64,000 nt of DNA from an uncultured virus (IMG/VR IMGVR_UViG_3300046663_000194) (taxonomy: Duplodnaviria; Heunggongvirae; Uroviricota; Caudoviricetes): IMG/VR virus record IMGVR_UViG_3300046663_000194, one strand, 5' to 3'. Of this stretch, positions 18,265 to 28,181 are shown in pieces (within the stretch, counting starts at the first letter, position 1; every line of letters starts with the position of its first letter). A model generated the notes under the pieces. It worked only from the letters and a program-made list of their open reading frames with translations, was not told where the DNA came from and searched no databases. The position numbers and the translations under genes were made by a program.

Positions 18265-18740
18265 TAGGCGTTCCGCGCTCCCGCTCTAGCGGCTTCCGCG
18301 ACCTTCTGAACGACCTCATTTCGCATTTCCGCGAATGATCGCGACATAAATTGATAAGCCTTCGTGCCGGGATGATGCACGCTGCGGAAAAACACGTTAG
18401 CGCCCACCTTGTCCCAATAGAAGGCAAGTATTGGATTTCCGGCAATCTCGTGCGCCTTCGTTCCATATTCCAGATAGGTTGGCAGTAAGCCGTTGGCGCT
18501 TGGCGAGGTCAGTTGGACCCGGCCATAAATCTCTTTCGTGTTCTCGACCATCTGCTCCGCAACAGCCAAGGTCTTATGCGATTTGAGTTCGCTAGAGATT
18601 TTGGAGTTGACAAGCGCGGCTAGTCTTCTGGTCAGGCCGGGAATGACGTTGCGTAGATTATTGCGCACTTCGACCGGCACGCGACCGAGCTTCAAGCGTG
18701 CGCCGGTATCATCAACCTTGATAGTGACTTCGCCAGCCAT
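18264..18740 (-). CDS. neck protein (HK97 gp10-like)
   Basis: YLEYGTKAHEI...VHHPGTKA.FM. Confidence 0.85.
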   Translation of the reverse strand: MAGEVTIKVDDTGARLKLGRVPVEVRNNLRNVIPGLTRRLAALVNSKISSELKSHKTLAVAEQMVENTKEIYGRVQLTSPSANGLLPTYLEYGTKAHEIAGNPILAFYWDKVGANVFFRSVHHPGTKAYQFMSRSFAEMRNEVVQKVAEAARAGARNA

Positions 18741-19579
18741 TACGGCACCGGCCCGGTCACGCCGCCGAAGTTCTGCGGCTCGCCGAGATTGGCATTGGTC
18801 TGCAAGCCAACCGGGGATTCCGGTAGCAGATTATCGTGCATGGCAATGACGAACTGCGGCGGAACGCGGTCGCTGTCTGTGACCTGTGCCGTTTTGTCTG
18901 TGATGCTAACACCGCCGACATAGGCCGTTACGCCGCCGCGCGCGAAGCCCCGTTGCTCAAGGTCGCGTGCCAGAGAGGCGTACTGTCTGGATTTCTGACT
19001 GTAGTTTTTCTTCATCGGCCCTTCGCCAATGTCTACTTGCCGCGCAAATTGAATTGATAGATTGCGACAGCATTCGGCGGCGGCGAGCCACTCGTTGCTA
19101 TACTCGCTTATCGCCCAGTTGATTTGAGAATCAGTAAGTAGCTGGTCGCTCTGCGCCGTATCCCCGATGATCTGACGAACGGTATAGAGCGCCTCGACGC
19201 CGACTAAGCTCGGCACCCACGTCCAAGTCGGCAACAAGCCAACTTGCATGCGGCCGACTTCGATGGTGGTGATGTTTCCTAGCGCGTCCGTTATCGAAGA
19301 AAAATGCTGATACCAGTCTGATAGCGGCGACGTGTCAGTAGCTAGAATTGCCACCTTGAACTTTCCGTCCGTGCCGGTATTAACAAAGCTAATTTGCCCG
19401 CCAGTTTTTGTCTTGGACAACACCGGCCCGTCTGCCGAGTTGCGCTGCGCCTTCCAAGTGATCTGTGTCACGCCGGATATATCGATAGGCGTCACGCCAT
19501 CAGAGCCAACGACCGTGAATACGGGGTTCACAACATCGCCAGCGTAGGTGACAAAATCTTGATTTTGCGCAGCAGTCAT
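18740..19579 (-). CDS. head-tail adaptor with N-terminal Ig/BppU-like domain
   Basis: C-terminal VRQIIGDT...LLTDSQI adaptor motif; N-terminal beta domain. Confidence 0.75.
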   Translation of the reverse strand: MTAAQNQDFVTYAGDVVNPVFTVVGSDGVTPIDISGVTQITWKAQRNSADGPVLSKTKTGGQISFVNTGTDGKFKVAILATDTSPLSDWYQHFSSITDALGNITTIEVGRMQVGLLPTWTWVPSLVGVEALYTVRQIIGDTAQSDQLLTDSQINWAISEYSNEWLAAAECCRNLSIQFARQVDIGEGPMKKNYSQKSRQYASLARDLEQRGFARGGVTAYVGGVSITDKTAQVTDSDRVPPQFVIAMHDNLLPESPVGLQTNANLGEPQNFGGVTGPVP

Positions 19580-22426
19580 TTAGACGGACCCCTTAATTCC
19601 AGGCACTTCGTCGTCACCAAGAAGCGTCGGTGCGGAATCGCCTCCGGTGATGGTACTGCCCACGTCTGTTCCGAGCAAGGTTCTAGAGGCTTCGCTGCCG
19701 GAAAGCGTGATGCCGACATCGGAGCCAAGCAAGGTAGGCGAGGAGATAATTGCCGCCGTTGCCGCCGCAGAAAAAACGAGATTTAGCCCGTTACGGCTGA
19801 CGGTATAAAAGCCGGTGGCTGTGGCAAACAACGCCTTCCTTCGAAACGACAGCGCACTTGTGAAATTATAGAACCCTGTTTGCGGGGCAATCGCATGACC
19901 AAAGCTAGTCATCAGGGCGTTGACCGTGTCGCTGTAGAAGCCAGTCTGCGCTTTCATCAAACGCTTAGTGCTGAGCGTCAGCGCGTTGTCGGTGAGCGTA
20001 TAAACGCCGGTAGTGTTCGATAGCTTGGAGGTCTTGAGCAGACTTAGCTGGTTGTCTGTGAGGCTGTAGACGCCGACCTGAAGTCCCGCTTTCGAGGTCT
20101 TCGTCAGCGTTAAATTCTCATCGGTTAGCGAGTATGTGCCGGTCCCCAATGAAATGCTAAATGCGTTCGTTCCAGAAAATGTTAGCGTGATTGATTCAAC
20201 GGTGAGATTGTAGAATCCGGTAGAGTTTGCGCTTAGGCGGGTCGCTCTCTGTCCCTGATTTTCGCCAACAAGCGTATAGAAGCCGGATTGCAGAGCATCG
20301 AATCTACCAAGCAACAGCCGCGCGTTCTCGCCAGTCAGAGCATACAAACCTTCCGACACAGATTGCTTGCGCCCTATCTTTAATGCTTCGTTCTCACCAG
20401 TGAGTGCGTAGAAACCAGTTTGATTATTTTCGAGCGCCTTCCTTAACAATCTCTCGTTCTCGCCGGTGACGGCATAGGAACCGGACTGCTGTTTCTGTTG
20501 CGAACCCTTAAGCAGCGTTTCGTATCCGACTGGATTGTACGGGTCCAATTGCGGAGGACCAGCCGTGACGGTCGTTCCAGCAACCGTGCCGTCATTGCCG
20601 CCGCCCGATTTGTCTGGTTCGGGAGACTGTTCAAGTATCGGCCAATAGAGAGCCAAGTTTGCGTTAGCACCTATCGTGTTTGCACGACGACCAGCCGCAA
20701 GATTAGTGATCTGAGTCCCGGTTAAAACCGTATTCCACAATGCCACTTCAGTAACGCCGCCCTTGAAGAAGTCAGCATTAGCAACGCTATCGAGGCCGAC
20801 AAAAAATGGCGTAGCTGCCGGGATATACGGCGACGATAGCGTACCAGTTACGTCCAACACCCCGTTGAGATAGATGCTTATGGTAACACCGTCGCTAGCT
20901 AGAGTTATTACGATAGGCGTCCATTGAAACGCAATGATCGAAGACGGCGAGCCGATTTCGGCCTCTCCGTTGATATGAAAGTTCGCACGGAAATGCGGCC
21001 CCGGCGATTGACTTAAATAAAGCTGATGAGTTGTTGTTGCGTCAGTGCCACCGTAGCCCATCACTGACGAACCGGAACTCACAGTCGGATATATCCACGC
21101 CAACATCGTGAATGGTGCGGGGTTAAAAGTTGTTGATGATCCTGCGGTCTGAATGGAATCCGTGGAGCCGTTGAAATCTCGGCCACCGGAGAAGCCGTCC
21201 TTTAGATACTTGCCTTCCTGCAAATTAAGGTTGAACGTTTTGCGCAGCGTCACCGTTTCGTCTGTCAACAGATAGACACCCGTACCGATGTTCATGGCGA
21301 AAGCGCCAGCACCAGAGAACGTAAAGGCAATCGACTCGCCGGTAAGCGCATAGAACCCGGCCTGCATGTTGAGCAGATTCGTTTTCTTTAGCGCCGCGTT
21401 CTCGCCGGTAAGATTATAAAAACCAGCCTGCGGCTTCGTCGTGCGACCAGCCTTCAATGTCAGTTGTTCGCCGGTCAGTACATAGGTGCCGGTCGTGCTT
21501 TGCAGCTTGGATTTCTTCAACAACGTCAGTTGTTCGTCGGTAAGGCTGTACGTGCCGACCTGAAGACCAGCCTTTGACGTTTTAATCAGCGTTAGATTTT
21601 CGGGAGTGAGCGTGTACGTGCCGGTGCCAATACTCATCGTAAACGCGACAATATTACTTAGCGTAATTGACTCGACAGTCAGCGCATACGGCACTTCTTG
21701 AATATTGAGGACGCTGGTCTTGCGCAGCAGAATTTGCTCGCCCGCAACCGAGTATGATCCCGTTTGCACCTTGAGCGAATTCGTTTTGATAAGTGTCGCG
21801 TTCTCGCCAGCGAGCGTGTACGCGCCCTCTTGTATTTTCTTCGAGCTTGCCTTGAGCAGTCTTTCTTGTTCGCCAGTCAGCGAATAGACGCCTGCTTGCG
21901 CAGTCTGGATCGAGGTCTTTTTGAATGTCGCGTTCTCGCCGGTGACAGTATAATTGCCAGCGAAGATCGAAACCTTGTAGCCATGATTGATGTTTAGCAG
22001 CGCATCGGGAGTGAGTGCGTAGGAACCCTCCTGAATATTTTGCACGCTGGTCTTTTTGAGCACCGCGTTCTGACCGTTGAGCGAGTAGACGCCTGCCTGT
22101 GCTTTATTGAGCCATGTTTTAGTTACGTTAAGCTGTGCATCAGGCACAAATGAATACGTGCCAGCGAGAAGCGATGCCTTCGATCCTTTGTTGATATTAA
22201 GCAAACCATCCGGCGTAAGCGCGTAGGTTCCCGCCTGCGTATTAACAAGCGATGTCTTCTTCAGTGTTTCGGATTCGCTCGCAACGCTGTACGTGCCGGT
22301 GCCGAGCGAGATTGTGAACGCAGTGATTGGAGGCTGGCTGACATCGACGTTGCTGTAATAAAGAAGCTGCCGCGCACGCAACGGCGCGACGGGAGTTCGA
22401 TACAGCATCGTTAAAATGCTGGTCAT
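19580..22426 (-). CDS. large repeat fibre-like virion protein with inserted LamG/ConA domain
   Basis: About 28 repeats of ~22 aa (GxYxLTGExxxLxK...); LamG motifs FTMLAWIYP, IYLNG, EVALWNTVLT. Confidence 0.85.
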   Translation of the reverse strand: MTSILTMLYRTPVAPLRARQLLYYSNVDVSQPPITAFTISLGTGTYSVASESETLKKTSLVNTQAGTYALTPDGLLNINKGSKASLLAGTYSFVPDAQLNVTKTWLNKAQAGVYSLNGQNAVLKKTSVQNIQEGSYALTPDALLNINHGYKVSIFAGNYTVTGENATFKKTSIQTAQAGVYSLTGEQERLLKASSKKIQEGAYTLAGENATLIKTNSLKVQTGSYSVAGEQILLRKTSVLNIQEVPYALTVESITLSNIVAFTMSIGTGTYTLTPENLTLIKTSKAGLQVGTYSLTDEQLTLLKKSKLQSTTGTYVLTGEQLTLKAGRTTKPQAGFYNLTGENAALKKTNLLNMQAGFYALTGESIAFTFSGAGAFAMNIGTGVYLLTDETVTLRKTFNLNLQEGKYLKDGFSGGRDFNGSTDSIQTAGSSTTFNPAPFTMLAWIYPTVSSGSSVMGYGGTDATTTHQLYLSQSPGPHFRANFHINGEAEIGSPSSIIAFQWTPIVITLASDGVTISIYLNGVLDVTGTLSSPYIPAATPFFVGLDSVANADFFKGGVTEVALWNTVLTGTQITNLAAGRRANTIGANANLALYWPILEQSPEPDKSGGGNDGTVAGTTVTAGPPQLDPYNPVGYETLLKGSQQKQQSGSYAVTGENERLLRKALENNQTGFYALTGENEALKIGRKQSVSEGLYALTGENARLLLGRFDALQSGFYTLVGENQGQRATRLSANSTGFYNLTVESITLTFSGTNAFSISLGTGTYSLTDENLTLTKTSKAGLQVGVYSLTDNQLSLLKTSKLSNTTGVYTLTDNALTLSTKRLMKAQTGFYSDTVNALMTSFGHAIAPQTGFYNFTSALSFRRKALFATATGFYTVSRNGLNLVFSAAATAAIISSPTLLGSDVGITLSGSEASRTLLGTDVGSTITGGDSAPTLLGDDEVPGIKGSV

Positions 22427-22427
22427 C

Positions 22428-23489
22428 TCACCACCGATACAATTGCGTAGGGATAAGCAGCGTCATCCAGAATGTAGGCGCTGCTGCAACAGTCGCCGTG
22501 TAGGTAATGACGATTAGGCCGCCGCCTCCAAGGCCAGCAGTTGTTGTCGAGGAAGTACCGCGACAACCGCCGCCACCGCCGCCACCGCCGCCATAGTTCG
22601 CTCCCGCCCCACCTAGCGAAGTCGCCGTAACGTTGCCCGTCATACGGCCACCGCCGCCACCGCCCCCACCAGCGCCAGCGTGTGAACTATCGGAGGTTTG
22701 CACCCAATCAGAAACGTTGCCTAGCGTTCCGCCACCTAAGCCGCTGGCAACCTGACCCACAGTAGAGGTGCCACTTGAACAACCACCACCGCCACCGCCG
22801 CCTGTAGTGCCAGCAGTGCCGTTCGGTGATGTGGTGCTAGTCGATCCTGAGCCATGACCGCTGCCGCTGTGTCCATCGCCGCCATTGCTGCCGCTGACGG
22901 TAAGAGTTGCTCCATTAGTTGTACCACCGTTCGATCCAGTGCCGCCTGCGCCGCCAGCAGTAGTAGACGTGGGCGCAGTAAGAGCGGCACCAGCGCCGCT
23001 AGGACCACCACTCCCTGTCCCGCCCGCCGCTCCTTCGCCACCGCTCTGATTATAGCCAGTGCCAAGCCCGCCTGAATTCGCCGCTGTGGTATAGGTGACT
23101 GGGGAAGGCGTTCCGTTCGTAACACCAGCGCCAGCAAGTACGTCTCCTGCAACGTTAGGGCTAATTCCCGCTTCGCCGCACTGGCCTTCGTAGGTGTTTG
23201 TAGTTGTCGTGCCTTCCCAGAACGTCGCGTTTGCGTCGAGGCTGCCTGAGTTAGAATTGCTAGCTGCGACCGCAAATGCGGTAGTTGATCCCAACGTGCC
23301 AGACGGGGACGTAAGACTGAGATAACCACCACCCGATCCGGCTGATCCAGATAAACCGCCCGCGCCCTTTGTTCCAGCGCCACCGTTGCCGCCACAGCCG
23401 ACAAGTTCAACGGTGTGACCAGCGTTGGCCCAGTTACCGGGCAGCGACCACGGCGATGTCGAGGCGCTTGTGAGAAAAACTACGGTCAT
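22428..23489 (-). CDS. glycine-rich virion protein
   Basis: VELVGCGGNG, YGGGGGG, GLIVITY motifs. Confidence 0.85.
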   Translation of the reverse strand: MTVVFLTSASTSPWSLPGNWANAGHTVELVGCGGNGGAGTKGAGGLSGSAGSGGGYLSLTSPSGTLGSTTAFAVAASNSNSGSLDANATFWEGTTTTNTYEGQCGEAGISPNVAGDVLAGAGVTNGTPSPVTYTTAANSGGLGTGYNQSGGEGAAGGTGSGGPSGAGAALTAPTSTTAGGAGGTGSNGGTTNGATLTVSGSNGGDGHSGSGHGSGSTSTTSPNGTAGTTGGGGGGGCSSGTSTVGQVASGLGGGTLGNVSDWVQTSDSSHAGAGGGGGGGGRMTGNVTATSLGGAGANYGGGGGGGGGCRGTSSTTTAGLGGGGLIVITYTATVAAAPTFWMTLLIPTQLYRW

Positions 23490-23893
23490 GCAAATACGAT
23501 CTTAGAAATATCGAGCGCGCGTTGATCGCGCCAAGTCTGCCGCGATTTCCAAGCACGAATTGCGTCCTGCTTATTTGGATCGTTTGTGTGTGCGTTTGCT
23601 TTAATGAAAGCTTCGACCGCAAGATGACCGAGCGCCACGACGAAAGGAATATCGTTCCAGGCAATCGGCTCATGCACAAATTTGTCGGGGACGATACAGA
23701 GAAATTCGCTTGTGCCTACATGATGTTTGAATTGGCGCTTGTGCGTAACCACAACGCGAATACCGCCGAAGCTGTCGAGAACGCCAGCGATTCGGCTCAC
23801 CTTTCGGTCGCGCTGCACGCAGCGTTTATTGCCGCCGCCGTAGCACTCGCGACCACAACATGCGGGACAGTTCGAAGGGCCGATCCGGTCCAT
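23486..23893 (-). CDS. hypothetical protein, N-terminal Cys cluster
   Basis: GGAG RBS; packed ORF. Confidence 0.65.
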   Translation of the reverse strand: MDRIGPSNCPACCGRECYGGGNKRCVQRDRKVSRIAGVLDSFGGIRVVVTHKRQFKHHVGTSEFLCIVPDKFVHEPIAWNDIPFVVALGHLAVEAFIKANAHTNDPNKQDAIRAWKSRQTWRDQRALDISKIVFA

Positions 23894-23901
23894 TTTGTCT
23901 C

Positions 23902-24195
23902 CTAGACCGGAACGACGCGCAGTCCTCGTTCTGCCATTTGTTTCTTGGTGACTTCGGTAAGACCGCTAGGCTTGCCGCTGCAACCGACACAGGTATCACA
24001 GATAAAGAAAATATGCGGCGTCTCTACGGTCGCGTAGCCTTCAAGCGTACCGCAGTTCGCGCAAAAGACAGCATCAACGGCCAAGCGCGTACCATGCAGC
24101 AACACCGGCTGACGTTCGCCATGACGCAAGCGACAATCAGGCAAGCCAAACTCGACCTCCCGATTCCAAAACTTGCTAAGGCGAAGATCGTTCAA
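23902..24195 (-). CDS. zinc-finger hypothetical protein
   Basis: CANC and CDTC pairs. Confidence 0.7.
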   Translation of the reverse strand: MNDLRLSKFWNREVEFGLPDCRLRHGERQPVLLHGTRLAVDAVFCANCGTLEGYATVETPHIFFICDTCVGCSGKPSGLTEVTKKQMAERGLRVVPV

Positions 24196-24551
24196 CTACC
24201 CGGCTCCCTTATGAAAGCATTGAACATGGATGCGACGGCGGTATCAATATGCGTGTCAGTCACCGCCGCCTGCGCCGTCGAGCTATTGGTGGAGGTCAAT
24301 ACGATGGTGCCGCCCGCAGTAGCATCGGAAAGCACGTTGGCATCGGTCGCGGCAGCATTGGAAAACAGCGGAACAAACAAGGCTGGCGATTGAAGAACCT
24401 GCGCGCAAAATGACGCACGCTCGCGATGAAAGGCGACGGTCCAGCCTTCGGACGAAATGTTTACGCATGCCGAAATCAGCGAAACCTGTACGCGGTTCTG
24501 AAACGTTCCGTTGATTGATAGATTGAAGCTGTCGGCGTGCGATGCAGTCAT
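24192..24551 (-). CDS. putative virion protein
   Basis: Packed ORF in decoration cluster. Confidence 0.7.
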   Translation of the reverse strand: MTASHADSFNLSINGTFQNRVQVSLISACVNISSEGWTVAFHRERASFCAQVLQSPALFVPLFSNAAATDANVLSDATAGGTIVLTSTNSSTAQAAVTDTHIDTAVASMFNAFIREPGS

Positions 24552-24554
24552 TGT

Positions 24555-25058
24555 CTAGATTCCTTCCCCAAATTCCACAGTCCAATCAAACGTCGCGCCG
24601 GTCGAAAAGGCGATGGAGGTCCATAACAAGTCTTGCACGCCAGCCGCGAGCGTAGAGCCTGTCAGTATCTGCACCGCAGATTGCGGGACGATTGGCACAT
24701 AGCCGCCCATGCCGCCAGTCTGAGCGAAGCCGACACCGATGCGAACGTTCAGCGCACCGCCAGCGGTGATGGCGCTGGCGTCATTGTTCCAAGTTGATAG
24801 TGCAGCCGGGTTGCGCGGATGCTTTGGACGCGGAGTTTGGCCCGTACCCCCGGTCGTACCGCTGGTTGTCGAGGTATTATCCTTCAAACGAAACGCGCCG
24901 CCGCCGACAGTGCCAAATTGTGCCGCAGCAAACATGCCGGTGATGGCGACAGGATCAATGTTAGCGCCGCACCGCACGGTCAGATGCGGCGATACGACTT
25001 CGGTTAGCGAAGCCGTCGAAGATGTCGAGCGGTGTTCAAGATCATAAAAGAAAGGCAT
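24555..25058 (-). CDS. putative virion beta-sandwich protein, Ser/Thr-rich
   Basis: Composition and position. Confidence 0.75.
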   Translation of the reverse strand: MPFFYDLEHRSTSSTASLTEVVSPHLTVRCGANIDPVAITGMFAAAQFGTVGGGAFRLKDNTSTTSGTTGGTGQTPRPKHPRNPAALSTWNNDASAITAGGALNVRIGVGFAQTGGMGGYVPIVPQSAVQILTGSTLAAGVQDLLWTSIAFSTGATFDWTVEFGEGI

Positions 25059-25078
25059 TGAATACTCACAGCCTCCCT

Positions 25079-25609
25079 CTATGCGATCTGGAAGATGCCG
25101 CTCGATGGATCTGGCGAAATCGTAAACGTCTCACCGGGCGTCAACGTTATGTTGCTGCCGTAATCGTACCAGGAGATAAGCCACGCTGCCGTTGCCGAGT
25201 GATTGACGGTGCTCAATCCGAACGTCCAATAGCCGGTCGAGGTAGTCGAGTTGATGATAAGGTTGGTGCTCAAATCGGCAAACATCGTGTATCGGAACGG
25301 ACCGATTCCCGCCGTGCTCGCGGCAGACGACGCGGTGAACGTGAAGGTAGAGCCGAGCACAATGACCGGCGTTGGCACTACAGTCGTGCTACCAAGCGTG
25401 CTCGATGCGATGGCGCAAGTACCGCCTGAGGAACCGTACCCATTGCCGGATGAAATCGCGGTGTTGTCCGTCGATGTCATCCACGTTGAGGTCGGAGCGG
25501 TGTTTGTCAGCAGAAAGGTAAAGGTGTCACCGATCGATGAGACACGAAACAGCCCATTGGCGAAGCCAAGAACCGCGCTGTTGAACTTGTTGTATGTTGA
25601 AGTGACCAT
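25079..25609 (-). CDS. virion fibre-base/decoration protein, Ser/Thr-rich
   Basis: YNKFNS, GNGY..GG, IGPFRY, WYDYGSNITL.GETFTI...GIFQI motifs. Confidence 0.8.
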   Translation of the reverse strand: MVTSTYNKFNSAVLGFANGLFRVSSIGDTFTFLLTNTAPTSTWMTSTDNTAISSGNGYGSSGGTCAIASSTLGSTTVVPTPVIVLGSTFTFTASSAASTAGIGPFRYTMFADLSTNLIINSTTSTGYWTFGLSTVNHSATAAWLISWYDYGSNITLTPGETFTISPDPSSGIFQIA

Positions 25610-25622
25610 AGCCTCTTTCCTT

Positions 25623-25805
25623 TTAGACGACGAACCCTAGCCGCATCGGCTCTGGCGTTAATTTGAAGTGCCGCAGATATTTCTCCGCCGTTATTTCCTT
25701 GCCGCACGACATGCAGTGCTTATCGTCGCATCGCGAGTTCTTGGTGCCACAATCCGCGCACGTCCACACGTAAGTTGTTTCCATCTTCCCTTTAAGTTCC
25801 ATCAT
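25623..25805 (-). CDS. small zinc-ribbon protein
   Basis: WTCADCGTKN...CMSCG. Confidence 0.65.
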   Translation of the reverse strand: MMELKGKMETTYVWTCADCGTKNSRCDDKHCMSCGKEITAEKYLRHFKLTPEPMRLGFVV

Positions 25806-26140
25806 GTCGATACCGCAACGAGGCGCGAGTACGGATTAACGTAGATCGGGAACGGCGCGATGTTCGCCGGTATGCGATAGGCGGCCCCGGCAGTGCTGGT
25901 CAGAACCGTGCCGCTGCTGCCGCCTGATGCGCTGACTGTCGAGGCGGATGACGTGACGTTAAGAAAAACCCCGCCATCCGTATCGACGAAAATCAAACGC
26001 GTTGCCGATGATAGCGCAAACGTCGAAACGGTCGAGCCAACGGTGATGGTTTGAGTTTGGATAGGCCCCATAGATGGGACGACAGAGAAATTTCTGCCGC
26101 TGGCATATCCGCCAAATTCGACAACGTGCAGAAGCGCCAT
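25802..26140 (-). CDS. putative virion protein, Ser/Thr-rich
   Basis: GGAG RBS; composition. Confidence 0.75.
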   Translation of the reverse strand: MALLHVVEFGGYASGRNFSVVPSMGPIQTQTITVGSTVSTFALSSATRLIFVDTDGGVFLNVTSSASTVSASGGSSGTVLTSTAGAAYRIPANIAPFPIYVNPYSRLVAVST

Positions 26141-26143
26141 GAC

Positions 26144-27121
26144 TTACTCCTGCTCCTTTGGCATTGGCCCGTTCGCCTTGTTGCGCGGCATCAATAGAGC
26201 GGCGTCAGGATTGTCGGCGAAGTCCGCAGCGGTAGGCGTGCGCGAGCTATTGTTTAATATTTGCAGCGAACCAGTCGATGTGAGCGACACCGCCTGCGCA
26301 GACGGCGAAGTCATCTGCGTGGGTTGTGCGACTTCTGGCGGGTCGCTCGATACCGGCAGCCGCGCGGTGAAACGCATTTCCTCATCGCTAATGTCGGCGT
26401 CGTCTATGCCTGAGACAAACGTGCGCCGATCAAAGGTCAACTGCTCAAGCGTACCGGATAGCGCGAAAATCCTCTGCTTGATCTGCATCTCTTGGTTCTG
26501 CCAGTGAGCAATCTGCGCTTTCGTTTCGGTTTCACGAACGAGCAAATGTCTGCCCATGCGCGAGGATTCGGCGTAGCCGTATAGCGGATAGTGAAACGCC
26601 AGCGAAGACTCCAGTGGCACGACTACGTTGATTCCGAGTTCACGCCCGATTTCAAACCAGCGCAGCAAGCCAGCCTTCTGTCCGGTATAATGTTCCTCTG
26701 CCGCCGCCATATCGACGCCGAAGATTCCTATGGTCGTGTAGCCGCGCACAATGGCGTGCGCGAACATCCAAGCCGGGGTCGAGGTGAACCAATTAGTTTT
26801 TGTCTTTGTGGGACCGAATCGCGCCATTAACTCGCGGCGCGGAAATACTGATGCGCGCGGAATGTCGTCGTTCTTTTCTTGCATCCAAACAGGAAACTTT
26901 TGCGCGTTGAGCCACGCAACGTAGGGCGGATACCAGCCCTTATTTTCTGGCGCGTGCAGATCAACAATCGAATGAATCTCGTACCACTCGTTTATACGCG
27001 GTGGCGCGGCCTGTTGGCTGTTGCCGCCAGAGCAACACCAAATGTCCCATGACGGGTCGTCGTAGGGAGCCATGCACCGAGAGTTTGGCACCGTGCCGAG
27101 GATCGCAACTTTGTCACCCAT
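26144..27121 (-). CDS. Maf/sialyltransferase-like glycosyltransferase (MptE/DUF115-type fold)
   Basis: KVAILGT.P..., DIW, TSTPAWMFAHAI.RGY.TIGIFGVDM...HY pattern; AGGAGG RBS. Confidence 0.7.
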   Translation of the reverse strand: MGDKVAILGTVPNSRCMAPYDDPSWDIWCCSGGNSQQAAPPRINEWYEIHSIVDLHAPENKGWYPPYVAWLNAQKFPVWMQEKNDDIPRASVFPRRELMARFGPTKTKTNWFTSTPAWMFAHAIVRGYTTIGIFGVDMAAAEEHYTGQKAGLLRWFEIGRELGINVVVPLESSLAFHYPLYGYAESSRMGRHLLVRETETKAQIAHWQNQEMQIKQRIFALSGTLEQLTFDRRTFVSGIDDADISDEEMRFTARLPVSSDPPEVAQPTQMTSPSAQAVSLTSTGSLQILNNSSRTPTAADFADNPDAALLMPRNKANGPMPKEQE

Positions 27122-27190
27122 CTTCTGCCTCCTGAGGTTGGGGGCCTCGGGTGTACCATGCGGCCTAGCTTAATTACAGGCCATGCGTCC

Positions 27191-27733
27191 CTAGCTAGAG
27201 GTCGAGAACGTCAGCGGAGCGACCGTCGAAGGCACGACGCCCGCAAACAACCACTTGGCTGTCGAGATTGATTGAAGCTCGATCTGATGCGATTGCGTTG
27301 ACTTCAAGCAGTTGCTGAGCGTCGAGCCGCCCGAACCGGCAAAGCTTGCCGTCGAGCCAGAAGACCCTACGCCCTCGAAGACCACGCTGCCGTCAGTCGA
27401 GATGGTCAGAATAAGCCCGGTCGAGCCATTGACCGTCGAGTAAACGATAGTCGTCCAACCACCGCCCTGTACCGGAGGTGGAAGGCGGAAGATTGGCTGC
27501 GTGCTGGTCGGTTGCAACCGCTTCAGGCCGAAGCCTGCGCTAATGGTGGTTGGAATATAAGCGGCAGTCGATGACGATGATCCGGTCGAGGTGTAGACCG
27601 TGCCAGTTCCAACCGCAGTGTTCTGATCCAGGCCGGTTGCATTAACCTGAACACCGCCGACATACAGGCCGCCGACAGCTTGCGCGACCTTACCTTTAAT
27701 TCTTTCAACGAAGCCAGAAGGGCCGGTCGCCAT
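27191..27733 (-). CDS. putative capsid decoration protein, very ST-rich
   Basis: ATG at 27733 with AGGAG RBS; 12 ST dipeptides in ~180 aa. Confidence 0.75.
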   Translation of the reverse strand: MATGPSGFVERIKGKVAQAVGGLYVGGVQVNATGLDQNTAVGTGTVYTSTGSSSSTAAYIPTTISAGFGLKRLQPTSTQPIFRLPPPVQGGGWTTIVYSTVNGSTGLILTISTDGSVVFEGVGSSGSTASFAGSGGSTLSNCLKSTQSHQIELQSISTAKWLFAGVVPSTVAPLTFSTSS

Positions 27734-27734
27734 G

Positions 27735-28154
27735 TTAATGCTCCTTTTCGCCTCGCCTTGGCTCTGGTTTCCCGGCCAACGCATAAGCTTCAGCGCGCGT
27801 CACCGGCTCGTCTGTAAGCAGGACGCCCTCATAGACTTTGAATTTACCGAAACCGAGCGACACAACGTGCCGCCCGGTCCCGATAACCGCAGCGGCAGGC
27901 GTGGAAGAGGAGGCAACCACCCGACCACCCGACGATGGCGCATCGGGAGACTGCGGCCAAACGTCAATGTAATTGCCTATAAGCGAAGATCGGTTAGTCG
28001 GATTAATGCTGAGAATTTCGTCGCGCGTCAGATACGCGCCTACGTTCAGCCATTTGTCGCCGCGCTGGAAGCGCCTGATGACTCGGCCACCGCCAATCTC
28101 ATCAAGTTTCATCCGGTTGTGATACGGCTCTGCTCTAACCGCGAGGTTCGCCAT
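27735..28154 (-). CDS. hypothetical protein downstream of MCP
   Basis: AAGG RBS; position. Confidence 0.7.
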   Translation of the reverse strand: MANLAVRAEPYHNRMKLDEIGGGRVIRRFQRGDKWLNVGAYLTRDEILSINPTNRSSLIGNYIDVWPQSPDAPSSGGRVVASSSTPAAAVIGTGRHVVSLGFGKFKVYEGVLLTDEPVTRAEAYALAGKPEPRRGEKEH

Positions 28155-28181
28155 TTTCCTTAACCTGTTTCAGTTTAGCGA

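Noticed and set aside
22428..23489. Collagen-like or tandem DNA repeat
   Set aside because: Poly-Gly runs without Gly-X-Y periodicity; an ordinary phage glycine-rich domain
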